In this document: positions 49,332 to 58,592 of the stretch, piece by piece
Position numbering within the stretch: position 1 is the stretch's first letter
Layout: every line of letters starts with the position of its first letter
NCBI GenBank assembly: GCA_038062375.1
Contig: JBBTXG010000005.1
Coordinates: 121,210-185,209 of the forward strand
DNA: 64,000 nt
Direction of reading: 5' to 3'
DNA from: Patescibacteria group bacterium
Lineage (GTDB): Bacteria > Patescibacteriota > Minisyncoccia > Minisyncoccales > UBA10102
The notes under the pieces: generated by a model
The model's database searches: none
Seen by the model: only the letters and a program-made list of their open reading frames with translations
What the model was told of the DNA's origin: nothing
Translations under genes and position numbers: made by a program

Positions 49332-50390
49332 TCACGAAGGTGTCGTCTCCATCAGTGAGTATCTTCCCTCTGCGTCTTTGAAAAAACAATTTCGATCTTG
49401 CAAATTTAACACGACGGTGTTTTCTTTCACCTGACGCTGCTCTAATGTTTTCTTCACGAGCACCTCTTTTTCCATCGAGACTCCATTTTCTTTGAGGATC
49501 TGCACCATTACTTCTTTTACGGTACCGGGTTTATACCCCCACTCACTCAAAGCATAAGTCCCTCTTCCCACAAGCACGAATCTGGGATCTTTGATCAACT
49601 CATTATGCACGGTCTGCGACAATACCTCTTTTTGCTTCTGATCAACCAACGCTTCCTGCAATTCTTTAATCAACTCTGCGACTTGGGAAAAATGGAGAGG
49701 TCGCTTCGTTTGTTTGAATACGAGGTATGCCTTATCTTTTATTCCCCGGGGGCGCACTTCAGCCCATCTCTTCAGTCCCCAATATCCATCGTATCCCTGT
49801 CCAATGCGCTTGGAAACCTCAAGAAAAGAAAGGAGGGTATGAGAAGGAACTTTTACCTGTGTTGTCTCCTGGAACTTTCCAAGCAAATCTTCTTTGAGCT
49901 GATCAAAGGGAATGGCTTTCTCTTTTCCTTCAAAATACTTCAACATCTCTCTCGCAAGATCGGATGCGCTCTCAAAGAATTCTTTTTTGTTTGACCAAAA
50001 GGGATGGAAGTACTCCGTTTCTCTCTGCCCATGGAATTGCTCGCCCATATGCAAAAGAAAGATTATGTGGTTTGGCATGGGCTCCGCATCAATAGTCTTT
50101 ATGAATAAATCTTCTCGTTTCAAATGACCGAGCTTCTTTAAGCTATCAGAGAAATATCGCAGTGCTTCCTGTGCTCTTGCCTGATAGCTGATCTCCTCTC
50201 GTATTTGCGCAAGTCCTGCCTCCACAATCTGACGCACTCTTTCTCTGGTGATTCCATGAATCTGCCCGACCGCTTCGAGAGTCTGGGGCTCTTGGTCATT
50301 CAAACCAAAACGCCTCGTCAAAATATCTTTTGCCCGGGAAGGCAAGTCAGAAATAAGAGTAAAGCAAATCTTTCGGTAAGGATATGTCAT
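49332..50390 (-). CDS. DNA-binding protein with sigma-70 region-4-like HTH and HARE-HTH-like C-terminal domain
   Basis: LEAVGQIHGITRERVRQIVEAG near the N-terminus. The C-terminus (HFSQVAELI...FVLVGRGTYALSEWG) resembles RpoE-delta/HARE-HTH. Confidence 0.55.
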   Translation of the reverse strand: MTYPYRKICFTLISDLPSRAKDILTRRFGLNDQEPQTLEAVGQIHGITRERVRQIVEAGLAQIREEISYQARAQEALRYFSDSLKKLGHLKREDLFIKTIDAEPMPNHIIFLLHMGEQFHGQRETEYFHPFWSNKKEFFESASDLAREMLKYFEGKEKAIPFDQLKEDLLGKFQETTQVKVPSHTLLSFLEVSKRIGQGYDGYWGLKRWAEVRPRGIKDKAYLVFKQTKRPLHFSQVAELIKELQEALVDQKQKEVLSQTVHNELIKDPRFVLVGRGTYALSEWGYKPGTVKEVMVQILKENGVSMEKEVLVKKTLEQRQVKENTVVLNLQDRNCFFKDAEGRYSLMETTPS

Positions 50391-50423
50391 GTTGGGTTAT
50401 TAAAACAAATGTATAAAACTCTG

Positions 50424-51302
50424 TCAAGATGCCCTCCTGCTCCCCACCCACGTGATAAGGAGCGCGGGAGCCATGAAAAGCGATGAATAGCTGCCAGCCC
50501 CAATTCCAATGAGCAAGGTTAAAGAAAAGTATCTCACGGTCTCTCCTCCAAAGAAGAATATGGCAAACAAAGAAAGCATAACCGTAAAAGAAATACTAAA
50601 TGATCGAAAAAGAGTCTGGCGCAAACTCTTGTTTACCGTGTCTTGAAAATCGACTCCTGTTTTTCTAACCAGATTCTCTCGTATTCGATCGAACAGAACC
50701 ACGGTATCATTAATCGAATATCCCACAACCGTAAGGAGTGCCACCACAATGGGAATTGTAATCTCGACTCCTTGCAACTTCCCGAGCAGAGCGAGCACCC
50801 CTAGAGCTACCAGTACGTCGTGGGCAAGCGTGAGAAAAGCTGCTCCGCTCCATTGCCAAAATTTTACTGGCTGCGTAACCTTGCGAAAGGCAAACGCAAT
50901 ATAAAGGCTGATGACTACGAGGGAAAAGAGAGTAAGAACAATTGCTTTCCCTCGAAGTTCTTCTCCAATCGCCGGACCAATAGACTCGAACCGTTTCTCT
51001 ATCGCTTCACTCCCCAATTTCTCGCGCACCTGTTGGATTTCTCCGGAAAGATGCTTCGTTCGGATAATCACACCTTTCTCTCCGATGGGCTGAATAATCG
51101 GGAGACCAATATCTAATCCCGAGAGTTGTTCTTGAATCGTCTGATTGGAAGGTCTTTCTTTCGCATACTCAATCTCCAGGATGCTTCCTCCTTGAAATTC
51201 GATTCCCACATCCAATCCAAACACGGCAATGCTTGCAATGCTTGCGACAATCACAAATCCCGAAAAGAAAAGATATAATTTCGTGTAGCGAAAGAAGTTC
51301 AT
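50424..51302 (-). CDS. secF: protein translocase subunit SecF
   Basis: 292 aa with 6 TM segments and GVDFQGGS-like IEFQGGS. Confidence 0.9.
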   Translation of the reverse strand: MNFFRYTKLYLFFSGFVIVASIASIAVFGLDVGIEFQGGSILEIEYAKERPSNQTIQEQLSGLDIGLPIIQPIGEKGVIIRTKHLSGEIQQVREKLGSEAIEKRFESIGPAIGEELRGKAIVLTLFSLVVISLYIAFAFRKVTQPVKFWQWSGAAFLTLAHDVLVALGVLALLGKLQGVEITIPIVVALLTVVGYSINDTVVLFDRIRENLVRKTGVDFQDTVNKSLRQTLFRSFSISFTVMLSLFAIFFFGGETVRYFSLTLLIGIGAGSYSSLFMAPALLITWVGSRRAS

Positions 51303-51305
51303 GAT

Positions 51306-52685
51306 TTATCTCCAAAGCCATGCGATCCGTTCCAGTCTTGTATTCGCAAAAACTCGCAGGAATGTCTTGGTTACAAAAATTGCGGAAATCATGCTTACGA
51401 AAATTCCAATGCAGAGCGTAAGCGCAAATCCTTGCACAAACGAAGATCCAAACCAAAATAAAATGAGTCCCACCAATAAGGTCGTCACGTTTCCGTCTCG
51501 GATCGAAGGCCACGCGCGCCGAAAGCCTTCCTCAATACTCCCGCTAAAACTCCTTTGATCTCGAAGTTCCTCTCGCATCCTCGAAAAAATGAGAACATTC
51601 GCATCCACCGCCATGCCGATGGAAAGGATAAATCCCGCAATTCCAGCTAACGTGAGCGTAACGGGGATAAATTTGAAAGAAGCAAGCATCAAGAATACAT
51701 AGATAAGAAGAGCTATGGAGGCGATAAATCCGGGAATCCGATAAAAAAGAATCATAAACGCAGCCACAAACAAAAACCCAAACAGAGACGCGCGGAGACT
51801 TTGCTCAAGAGAAACTTTTCCTAGGGTAGGTCCCACGTTCTGCTGGGAAATCAGAGTAATGGGCACGGGCAAGGCTCCGGCATTTAAGTCTCTTACAATA
51901 CGCTGTGCCTCCTGGAGAGTAAAACGTCCCGTAATCTGAGCCTTTCCTCCAGAAATCACTTCCTGGACCACGGGAATTTGAAGGGGTTGACCATCTAAAT
52001 AAATCGCAAGGGGGCGCTGCACATTACGGCCAGTAATCTCTTCAAACAACTTTGCGCCCTCATCATCAAATTCAAGCTCAATAATCGGCTCTTGTGCGAC
52101 ATTGCCGAATCCTACGGTCGCTTTTTTCAAAAATCTTCCGGTCAAGGGCGTTGACTGAAAAGGATCTTCTATTTGTCCTTTTTCCTCTTGGAGAACTTTT
52201 CGATTGTTCTCTCTAATCGCCTCATAATTTTCTTTTGGTTCTCGAAATTCGAGAAATGGGGTTTGGCCAATCAATTGAATCGCTTCGTTAGGATCGATAA
52301 TTCCAGCCAACTCCACGATGAGACGGCGCGTATTGCCCGAGCCCTGAATCTGTACCAGTGGCTCTGCAACCCCAAAAAGATCCACCCTCCGTTCAATTAC
52401 GTCACGGAGCCCCTGCATCGCGGAATCATGCTCCCCCTGTCCAATCTGCGAGAGATCCGCCTCGTACACAAAATGAATCCCTCCTTGGAGATCCAGTCCA
52501 AGACGAAAGGGAATCAACGGAACACGAGGCACATTGGGAAGCTTTTGCAACACAGAAATTTCATTCTTCTTTGCGTTCACCGCATCAATGCCGCGATTGA
52601 CGTACCCCGGAAAAACAAAGGCACCGGCAATAAGGGCTCCCAGAAAAATAACAAACACCGTAGCCCAAATCCTGCTTTTCTTCAT
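51306..52685 (-). CDS. secD: protein translocase subunit SecD
   Basis: 459 aa with LGLDLQGG and a C-terminal 6-TM domain. Confidence 0.9.
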   Translation of the reverse strand: MKKSRIWATVFVIFLGALIAGAFVFPGYVNRGIDAVNAKKNEISVLQKLPNVPRVPLIPFRLGLDLQGGIHFVYEADLSQIGQGEHDSAMQGLRDVIERRVDLFGVAEPLVQIQGSGNTRRLIVELAGIIDPNEAIQLIGQTPFLEFREPKENYEAIRENNRKVLQEEKGQIEDPFQSTPLTGRFLKKATVGFGNVAQEPIIELEFDDEGAKLFEEITGRNVQRPLAIYLDGQPLQIPVVQEVISGGKAQITGRFTLQEAQRIVRDLNAGALPVPITLISQQNVGPTLGKVSLEQSLRASLFGFLFVAAFMILFYRIPGFIASIALLIYVFLMLASFKFIPVTLTLAGIAGFILSIGMAVDANVLIFSRMREELRDQRSFSGSIEEGFRRAWPSIRDGNVTTLLVGLILFWFGSSFVQGFALTLCIGIFVSMISAIFVTKTFLRVFANTRLERIAWLWR

Positions 52686-52715
52686 GGTTCACAGTGTACC
52701 ATCCAAACCCAAAAA

Positions 52716-53174
52716 TTACCAGTCAATCTTCAAGATCTTATACTCCATTTCTCCGTCGGGCACCTGCACTTTTACTTTCGCGCCCTCTCTCTTTCCCAAA
52801 AGCGCAGAACCAAGAGGTGATTCAACGGAAATTTTCCCTTCCAAAGGATTCGCTTCCTGCGCGGTAACGATGAGAAAGGAGATTTTCTGGTTATCGCTCT
52901 GGACCAAGACCTTCGACCCTATCTGCGTTTTCCCTGAAGTTGCTGTCGCAGAAACGATTTTCGCATCTCTTATCTTGCCTTGGAGTTCTCTGATTTTCAT
53001 TTGCAACGTTACCTGTTGCTCTTTTGCGTCTGCATAATCAAAATTCTCGCTCAAATCTCCGTGAGCAATTGCTCTTCGGAGTCGCTCGGCGAGTTCCTGC
53101 TGCTTTACCGTCTGTAAGTATTCCAATTCCGCTTTTAATTTTTCGAGCCCCTCTGGGGTAATAAATTGAGACAT
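52716..53174 (-). CDS. greA: transcription elongation factor GreA
   Basis: From MSQFITPEGLEKLKAELEYL, with a coiled-coil plus FKBP-like C-terminal domain. Confidence 0.9.
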   Translation of the reverse strand: MSQFITPEGLEKLKAELEYLQTVKQQELAERLRRAIAHGDLSENFDYADAKEQQVTLQMKIRELQGKIRDAKIVSATATSGKTQIGSKVLVQSDNQKISFLIVTAQEANPLEGKISVESPLGSALLGKREGAKVKVQVPDGEMEYKILKIDW

Positions 53175-53185
53175 CTTAGGAGATG

Positions 53186-55174
53186 TTACTTTTTTGTGAA
53201 ATACCATTTCAATACTTCCCTTGCAACAGGAAGCACCGTAAAACTTCCTTCTTTCGTTTCCTCAATTAAAATCGTCAGAACGACTTCGGGAGTCTCGTAG
53301 GGCGCAAACACCGTAACCCAGCTGTAGAGATAATCTTTTCCTTCTTCGTCTTTCCTGCCTGTTTGAGCAGTTCCGGTTTTCGCCGCAACCGCTTCTGGCA
53401 ATTCGTTGAGCATCACCGCAGATCCTCTCGTCACGGCTTGAAGCATTCCCTCTCGAATCACTTTCAGATTCTCGGGATCTATAATATCGGATCGAATCGT
53501 TCGAGGAGCAATCAAAACCTTTTTCCCTTCTTGCCTGTCGGCCCCTCCGCCTTCTCGAAAAAGCACATCTGAATTCTTTATGATCTCTTTTGCCATCATC
53601 GGTTCATAGAGTGTCCCGCCGTTTGCCACCGCTCCAAAAGCTACTGTCACCTGCAAAGGAGTCGCAAGCAGATCACCCTGTCCAATAGAAAGGAAGTAGG
53701 TGTCGCCATCCCACCATCCCTCCCCTTTTGCTTTCTTTTTCCAATCGGGATCTGGAATGAGACCACGAGCTTCCCCCGGAAGATCAAGGCTAGTCTCCTT
53801 ACCCCAACCAAAAAGCGACAGATACTTTTTTATACGTGATGGCCCGAGTCCCTCCTGATCCTGAAACCCCCCTCCAATCATATAAAAGTAAGCGTTACTT
53901 GATACTGCAATTGCATCTCGCATTGCAACTGATCCGTGGTTCTTCCAGTCGTGGAAGGTGTAGACAATTTCGGGATTGTAGCGGTGTGGCACTTTGATGA
54001 ATCCCTCGGTAACAAGGCTTTTCGCTGAATCTATAATACGCTCTTGGAGAGCAGCTGCTCCAATAAGTGGTTTGATGATGGAACCGGTCGGATAAAGTCC
54101 AGCGATTGCTCGATTAAAAAAAGGGCTCAATGGATCTTCGACGATATCTTGGTATTGTTCATAGCTTATGCCTTGAGAAAATAAATTGTTATCAAATTCA
54201 GGAATACTCACCATGGAAAGAATACCCCCGGTGCGAGGGTCCATGGCAATCGCTACGCCCTTTTTCGCTCCTATCTTCTCGAGGTTTTTCTGGAGCGCTT
54301 CCTGGATCTTCTGCTGGAGTTCCAAATCCAACCAAAGCACAAGACTTTCCCCGGACCTTGAAGGTGTCTGCCCCTTCTCTCTTATGACGTTTCCCCATGT
54401 ATCCCTTTCCACGAAACGCTTTCCTGGTTCTCCTCTCAAGACTTCCTCATACGACTTCTCAACTCCTGTTTTTCCAATTTGATCAGTAACAAAATAACTC
54501 TTCCCTTTTTTCAATTCCTCTGGAGAGATTTTTGCCGTGTAGCCCAACACATGAGAAAGTCCTCCTTCTCTCACATATTCTCTCAAGGTATTTCTCCGAA
54601 CCTCACACCCTTCTAAAAGTGGTGTTTTTGTTTCTGCTCGAATTAATTGATCACGGGAAAGATTTTCTCTCACCAGAATCTCGGATTGATTGGTTCCATC
54701 GAAAGCAACCTTCAAGTCTCCGAGTGAAGTTCCAAAAAGATCAGCCACATCTCTCAATACCTTCTCTCGCCGTTCTCTCCCTTGCGGTATGTATCTTTTG
54801 TCGCAGACAAAATCAAAACTCGGTTTGTTAAATACGAGTTGGCGCATAAAGTTGTCGTAGATCACTCCTCGCTCCGATCGAATAGGGAAACTCCGAATGG
54901 TATTGCTCTCGGCCTGTGCGCTCAATGTTGAGCCCGCCACAATCTGAAAATAAAATGTTTTTGATAAAAAAAGAATTGTAATCAGAAGAAAAATACCATA
55001 GAGCGTCCCAAGGATTCCCTTCGAAAGAGGAACCTCGAGCTCTTGGGTAGGATTTTGGACAAAACGATCAAAAAAAACTTCTTGGAGTTCAATCTCTTGC
55101 CCCGGTCGCTTCACGGATAAGTGTTTAAGATTTTTGAATGAAAGGAAATCGAACATAATAATGGAAAACGACAT
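53186..55174 (-). CDS. mrdA: penicillin-binding protein 2 (elongasome transpeptidase)
   Basis: 662 aa with SxxK (GSIIKP), SSN and KTGT motifs. Located next to mreCD. Confidence 0.88.
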   Translation of the reverse strand: MSFSIIMFDFLSFKNLKHLSVKRPGQEIELQEVFFDRFVQNPTQELEVPLSKGILGTLYGIFLLITILFLSKTFYFQIVAGSTLSAQAESNTIRSFPIRSERGVIYDNFMRQLVFNKPSFDFVCDKRYIPQGRERREKVLRDVADLFGTSLGDLKVAFDGTNQSEILVRENLSRDQLIRAETKTPLLEGCEVRRNTLREYVREGGLSHVLGYTAKISPEELKKGKSYFVTDQIGKTGVEKSYEEVLRGEPGKRFVERDTWGNVIREKGQTPSRSGESLVLWLDLELQQKIQEALQKNLEKIGAKKGVAIAMDPRTGGILSMVSIPEFDNNLFSQGISYEQYQDIVEDPLSPFFNRAIAGLYPTGSIIKPLIGAAALQERIIDSAKSLVTEGFIKVPHRYNPEIVYTFHDWKNHGSVAMRDAIAVSSNAYFYMIGGGFQDQEGLGPSRIKKYLSLFGWGKETSLDLPGEARGLIPDPDWKKKAKGEGWWDGDTYFLSIGQGDLLATPLQVTVAFGAVANGGTLYEPMMAKEIIKNSDVLFREGGGADRQEGKKVLIAPRTIRSDIIDPENLKVIREGMLQAVTRGSAVMLNELPEAVAAKTGTAQTGRKDEEGKDYLYSWVTVFAPYETPEVVLTILIEETKEGSFTVLPVAREVLKWYFTKK

Positions 55175-55433
55175 GAAGAAGAAGAGAAATTCCCGCTAGT
55201 ATCAACACCCAAAACCCTAGAGGAGTTCCAGAGAAAACGTCGAGGAGAAATCCTCCTAAAAAAGCTCCAAAAATTTTCATTTGGAAGTCCGAGATCTTCA
55301 AAATACTCATGAGAAGCACTGCGATCATCACAAGATTCACGATTCCAACTTTCGGAAAAAGAAGTGGAAGGAAACTCGTCTGGAAAGCAACAAACAGACA
55401 GAGCAGAATTCCCACCACAAGAATTTTTTTCAT
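55125..55433 (-). CDS. mreD: rod-shape protein MreD (probable)
   Basis: 102 aa and very hydrophobic. Position between mreC and PBP2 supports the call. Confidence 0.6.
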   Translation of the reverse strand: MKKILVVGILLCLFVAFQTSFLPLLFPKVGIVNLVMIAVLLMSILKISDFQMKIFGAFLGGFLLDVFSGTPLGFWVLILAGISLLLHVVFHYYVRFPFIQKS

Positions 55434-56221
55434 AAGGAAGTAATGACAAAGAGAGAAGCTTGCGATCTGATATCAAAAAATGGGGAAACGGAAGCTCTTT
55501 GAAAAGGTTCTGCGCCGCCTTTCACGATATCTTCCACTTTGCCAACCAAAAGATTTTCAGGGAAAATCCCTCCCAAACTACTCGTGACAACGAGGTCTCC
55601 TGCTTTAAGTATTTCTTCTTGCGGTACAAAATCAAGGAGCAATCGATACCTTCCTTGCCCCTTGATCACACCGGTAACCTGTCTTCCTGAAATTTGAACA
55701 TCAAACGTGCTCTTGGGATGAGAGAGAAGTTGAACTCGAGAGGAGTTATCGAACACCTCCAGCACTTTTCCTACCACCACCTTCTCTGATGTGATCAAGG
55801 ACATTCCCTCCCCAATCCCTTGTTCTTTACCTCCTTTCACGATGATGACGTCTTGCCCAATACTCTTGCCTATAATCTCTGTAAGTACCATTTGAAAATC
55901 TTTCTCGATTCCCAGATTCAAAACTTCTCTCAATTCTTTGTTCTCTCTCTGGAGATCCTCCAGTTCAGCAACCTGCCCGAGCAATACAAGGTTTTCTTTT
56001 TCAAGCATCTGATTCTCTCTCCTTACATCATTTCCCTGAAAGATTCCTCCAAAGAAATCAGAAACATTCCATCCCACGTCCCACAATGTCGATTGGAGAG
56101 GAGAAAAAAACGAATACAAAAAGTTCCGAACCTCTCTCGAAAAAATATTCAAAAAGAGAAGAGAAAAGAGAAGTAGTAAGATAATCGAAATCCTCTTTCG
56201 CAACAGAGGTAACCTCATCAT
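55430..56221 (-). CDS. mreC: rod-shape protein MreC
   Basis: TM anchor, coiled coil (LEKENLVLLGQVAELEDLQRENKELR) and beta domains. Start chosen at MMRLPL. Confidence 0.85.
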   Translation of the reverse strand: MMRLPLLRKRISIILLLLFSLLFLNIFSREVRNFLYSFFSPLQSTLWDVGWNVSDFFGGIFQGNDVRRENQMLEKENLVLLGQVAELEDLQRENKELREVLNLGIEKDFQMVLTEIIGKSIGQDVIIVKGGKEQGIGEGMSLITSEKVVVGKVLEVFDNSSRVQLLSHPKSTFDVQISGRQVTGVIKGQGRYRLLLDFVPQEEILKAGDLVVTSSLGGIFPENLLVGKVEDIVKGGAEPFQRASVSPFFDIRSQASLFVITSL

Positions 56222-56319
56222 TGTATTATAGATTTCCCTTTCTCCTTGGCAAGCGAGGAAAACAAAGAACATTGATGGCGACTACCATATCCCTTCCAGG
56301 ACATACTTCCGTGTTCTCT

Positions 56320-56441
56320 AATGCAAAAGTGGGGACTACCTACTCTCGCCTTGCGACTACCATCGGCCTTGCCGTATTTCACTTCCGTGTTCGGAATGGG
56401 AACGGGTGGGACAGCGGCAGTATAATCCCCACTTTTACATT
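56320..56441 (-). rRNA. rrf: 5S rRNA
   Basis: The minus strand contains CCCACCCGTTCCCATTCCGAACACGGAAGTGAAATACGGCAAGGCCGATGGTAGT. The termini form a 16-bp helix I (AATGTAAAAGTGGGGA / TCCCCACTTTTGCATT). Confidence 0.9.
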
Positions 56442-56952
56442 CCACTGTTCGGAATGCCAAACGAAGTGGATCCCCGTACTCAACTCGTAGAAGGATTAGG
56501 GGTTTGAAATGATTATGAATTGCTAGCCGACTTTCTTGCTTCGATCATTAGTACTCCTCGGCTTCACCCGTTACCGGGCTTCCACCTGGAGCCTATCCCC
56601 CGCAGAATCACCTTGCGGTGATCGCGGGGTTCCCATCACTTTCAGCAAAACCACAGGATTCCCACAATGTTTGCGGGAGTCCCGAGATTGCTGAAAGCAA
56701 TTTTTCGGGAAACCTCGTAGTCTTCGAGGGATCTATTACCAGTGCAAAGCACTGGATCGAGTCCTCATCTTGGAGTTGGCTTCGCGCTTATATGCTTTCA
56801 GCGCTTATCGAAACCCAACTTAGCTACCCAGCAATGCTCCTGGCGGAACAACTGGTACACCAGAGGTTGGTTCGCTGAGGTCCTCTCGTACTGTCAGCGA
56901 CTCTCCTCAAGACTCTAACGCCTACGGTAGATAAGGGCCAACCTGTCTCACG

Positions 56953-57656
56953 CTATCTATTTTCATTTGTTACCAAATGGATCGGACTATACCACTACCC
57001 AATCTAATCACCAAATGGGTACCGACGTTTTACGAAAGATTTCTCTTCCGTCTATCCATCTTGATAGATAAGTCTCTACGGGGTCAATATACGCTTTTTT
57101 CGTCGCTTCGAGTAGTTTAAATCTCGAAAACGATCCACCAATTGAGCAAGTCTTGCGAAATCTTCTTGATTCTTCACTCTTTCTTTTTGTGCAAGAATTT
57201 CGAACATAAGATTTGCTTGATGTTTTTTAAGAATCAGAAATGGTTTTACCATCTTCAGAAATTTGGTTAGGTCCTCTTTCTTGCTGATTATATATTCTAG
57301 AATTCCATCCTTCCTTACTCTTAAATGACCAAGTCCGATCAGTGTACAAATTTCTTCGAACTTCTTCTGATCTTTTTGCGACTGAAAGAGTACAATATAC
57401 GGCGCTACCTGAAATCCATACCGATAGGTAGGATTAGGTTTCAAGCGTACATAGATACTTCCGTCGCCATCAAGAAATCCTGCAAGATATGCTCTTTGAT
57501 ATGTTGTAAGCATATACGACTTCCCTCGGTATTATCCTAACATATGACAGGTTGTAAATCAAAGTGTTAGGACTTCACCGATATGAGTCGGTTTTTTCGA
57601 TCCGCTTTTCAGCGGAAAGCCGCCGTGTGTTACTCGACATCATGGTTCATTTGTTG
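56953..57656 (-). mobile_element. group I intron at the I-CreI-type 23S site (about E. coli position 2593)
   Basis: The exons join as GGGTTCAAACCGT|CGTGAGACAGG. The 5' exon ends in T and the intron ends in G. Confidence 0.8.
57076..57513 (-). CDS. single-motif LAGLIDADG homing endonuclease (I-CreI family)
   Basis: 145 aa with YLAGFLDGDGSIYVRLKPN...FLILKKHQANL, collinear with I-CreI. Confidence 0.9.
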   Translation of the reverse strand: MLTTYQRAYLAGFLDGDGSIYVRLKPNPTYRYGFQVAPYIVLFQSQKDQKKFEEICTLIGLGHLRVRKDGILEYIISKKEDLTKFLKMVKPFLILKKHQANLMFEILAQKERVKNQEDFARLAQLVDRFRDLNYSKRRKKRILTP

Positions 57657-57749
57657 ACGGTTTGAACCCAGCTCACGTACCACTTTAATTGGCGAACAGC
57701 CAAACGCTTGGGAGCTTCTCCACCCCCGCGCTGTGATGAGCCGACATCG

Positions 57750-58592
57750 CTTGTCGACATTTTTCTCTTCTTACGAAGAGGATCGGACTATATCTTCATC
57801 CTCCAAAGCTCACGTGAGCGACGGAGGAGTCGGCGTATTAGTTCTCTCTTAAGAGAGAACTCTGATTCTTTCAAAATCAAGTCTCTACGGGGTTATAACC
57901 CAATTTGTATCTCATTGAAGGAATAATATTCTGCTGTAATATTTCCCTCAAGGCAGGAACTGCCGAAGAAAGAAACCTGATACGATAGTATTCCTTGTCT
58001 CTGTTGAGGCGAGCTTGAAGTCCTAACGTATAGAGTTTTTCTACTAACCTTTCCTGATCTTGTAAGCTGAATTGTTGTGTGTTGAGATAGAAATTCGAAT
58101 TTCCACACTTACTTCCGTCATCCATAAACCATACACTCAAGACCACAGAATCCAAGGTAAGTTCTTCTGGGACAATTTTCTTACCGGCTCGGTAGAAAAC
58201 TCCAAGTAACTTACTCAATTCTGGATGCTGTCGCGTGAAAAAACGATACGCTATTCTATTTCCATTCCCGAATCTTCTTTTTGGTTCTGAAATGCAGAGG
58301 TTCTGCAGAATTCTGAATTTCCAATCAACATATTCTTTTGCTTTCCAGGAGTGATTACACTCAAGAAATGCATCCTTTCTTCCAGGCATGATTCGTAAAT
58401 ATCCATCTCCCAACAACGATCCAACAATAAGAGATCTTTGCAATTGGGTCAAACTTCCCACGGTATTGTCCATATGTACAGGTACATTATAGCACATGGA
58501 GTTCACCGTTATAAGCCGATTTTTTGTTTTTCTTCGAGTGCTTATCTCGAAGAACAGGTATGGCATTACTGCCATAGCACCCCGATATGTTA
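57750..58592 (-). mobile_element. group I intron in the peptidyl-transferase loop (about E. coli position 2500)
   Basis: The exons join as GTTCGGCACCT|CGATGTCGGCTC. The 5' exon ends in T and the intron ends in G. Confidence 0.8.
57877..58473 (-). CDS. double-motif LAGLIDADG homing endonuclease
   Basis: From MDNTVGS, with LIVGSLLGDGYL and VWFMDDGS motifs. The 3' end overlaps the conserved intron core (ACCCCGTAGAGACTT, shared with intron 1). Confidence 0.85.
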   Translation of the reverse strand: MDNTVGSLTQLQRSLIVGSLLGDGYLRIMPGRKDAFLECNHSWKAKEYVDWKFRILQNLCISEPKRRFGNGNRIAYRFFTRQHPELSKLLGVFYRAGKKIVPEELTLDSVVLSVWFMDDGSKCGNSNFYLNTQQFSLQDQERLVEKLYTLGLQARLNRDKEYYRIRFLSSAVPALREILQQNIIPSMRYKLGYNPVET

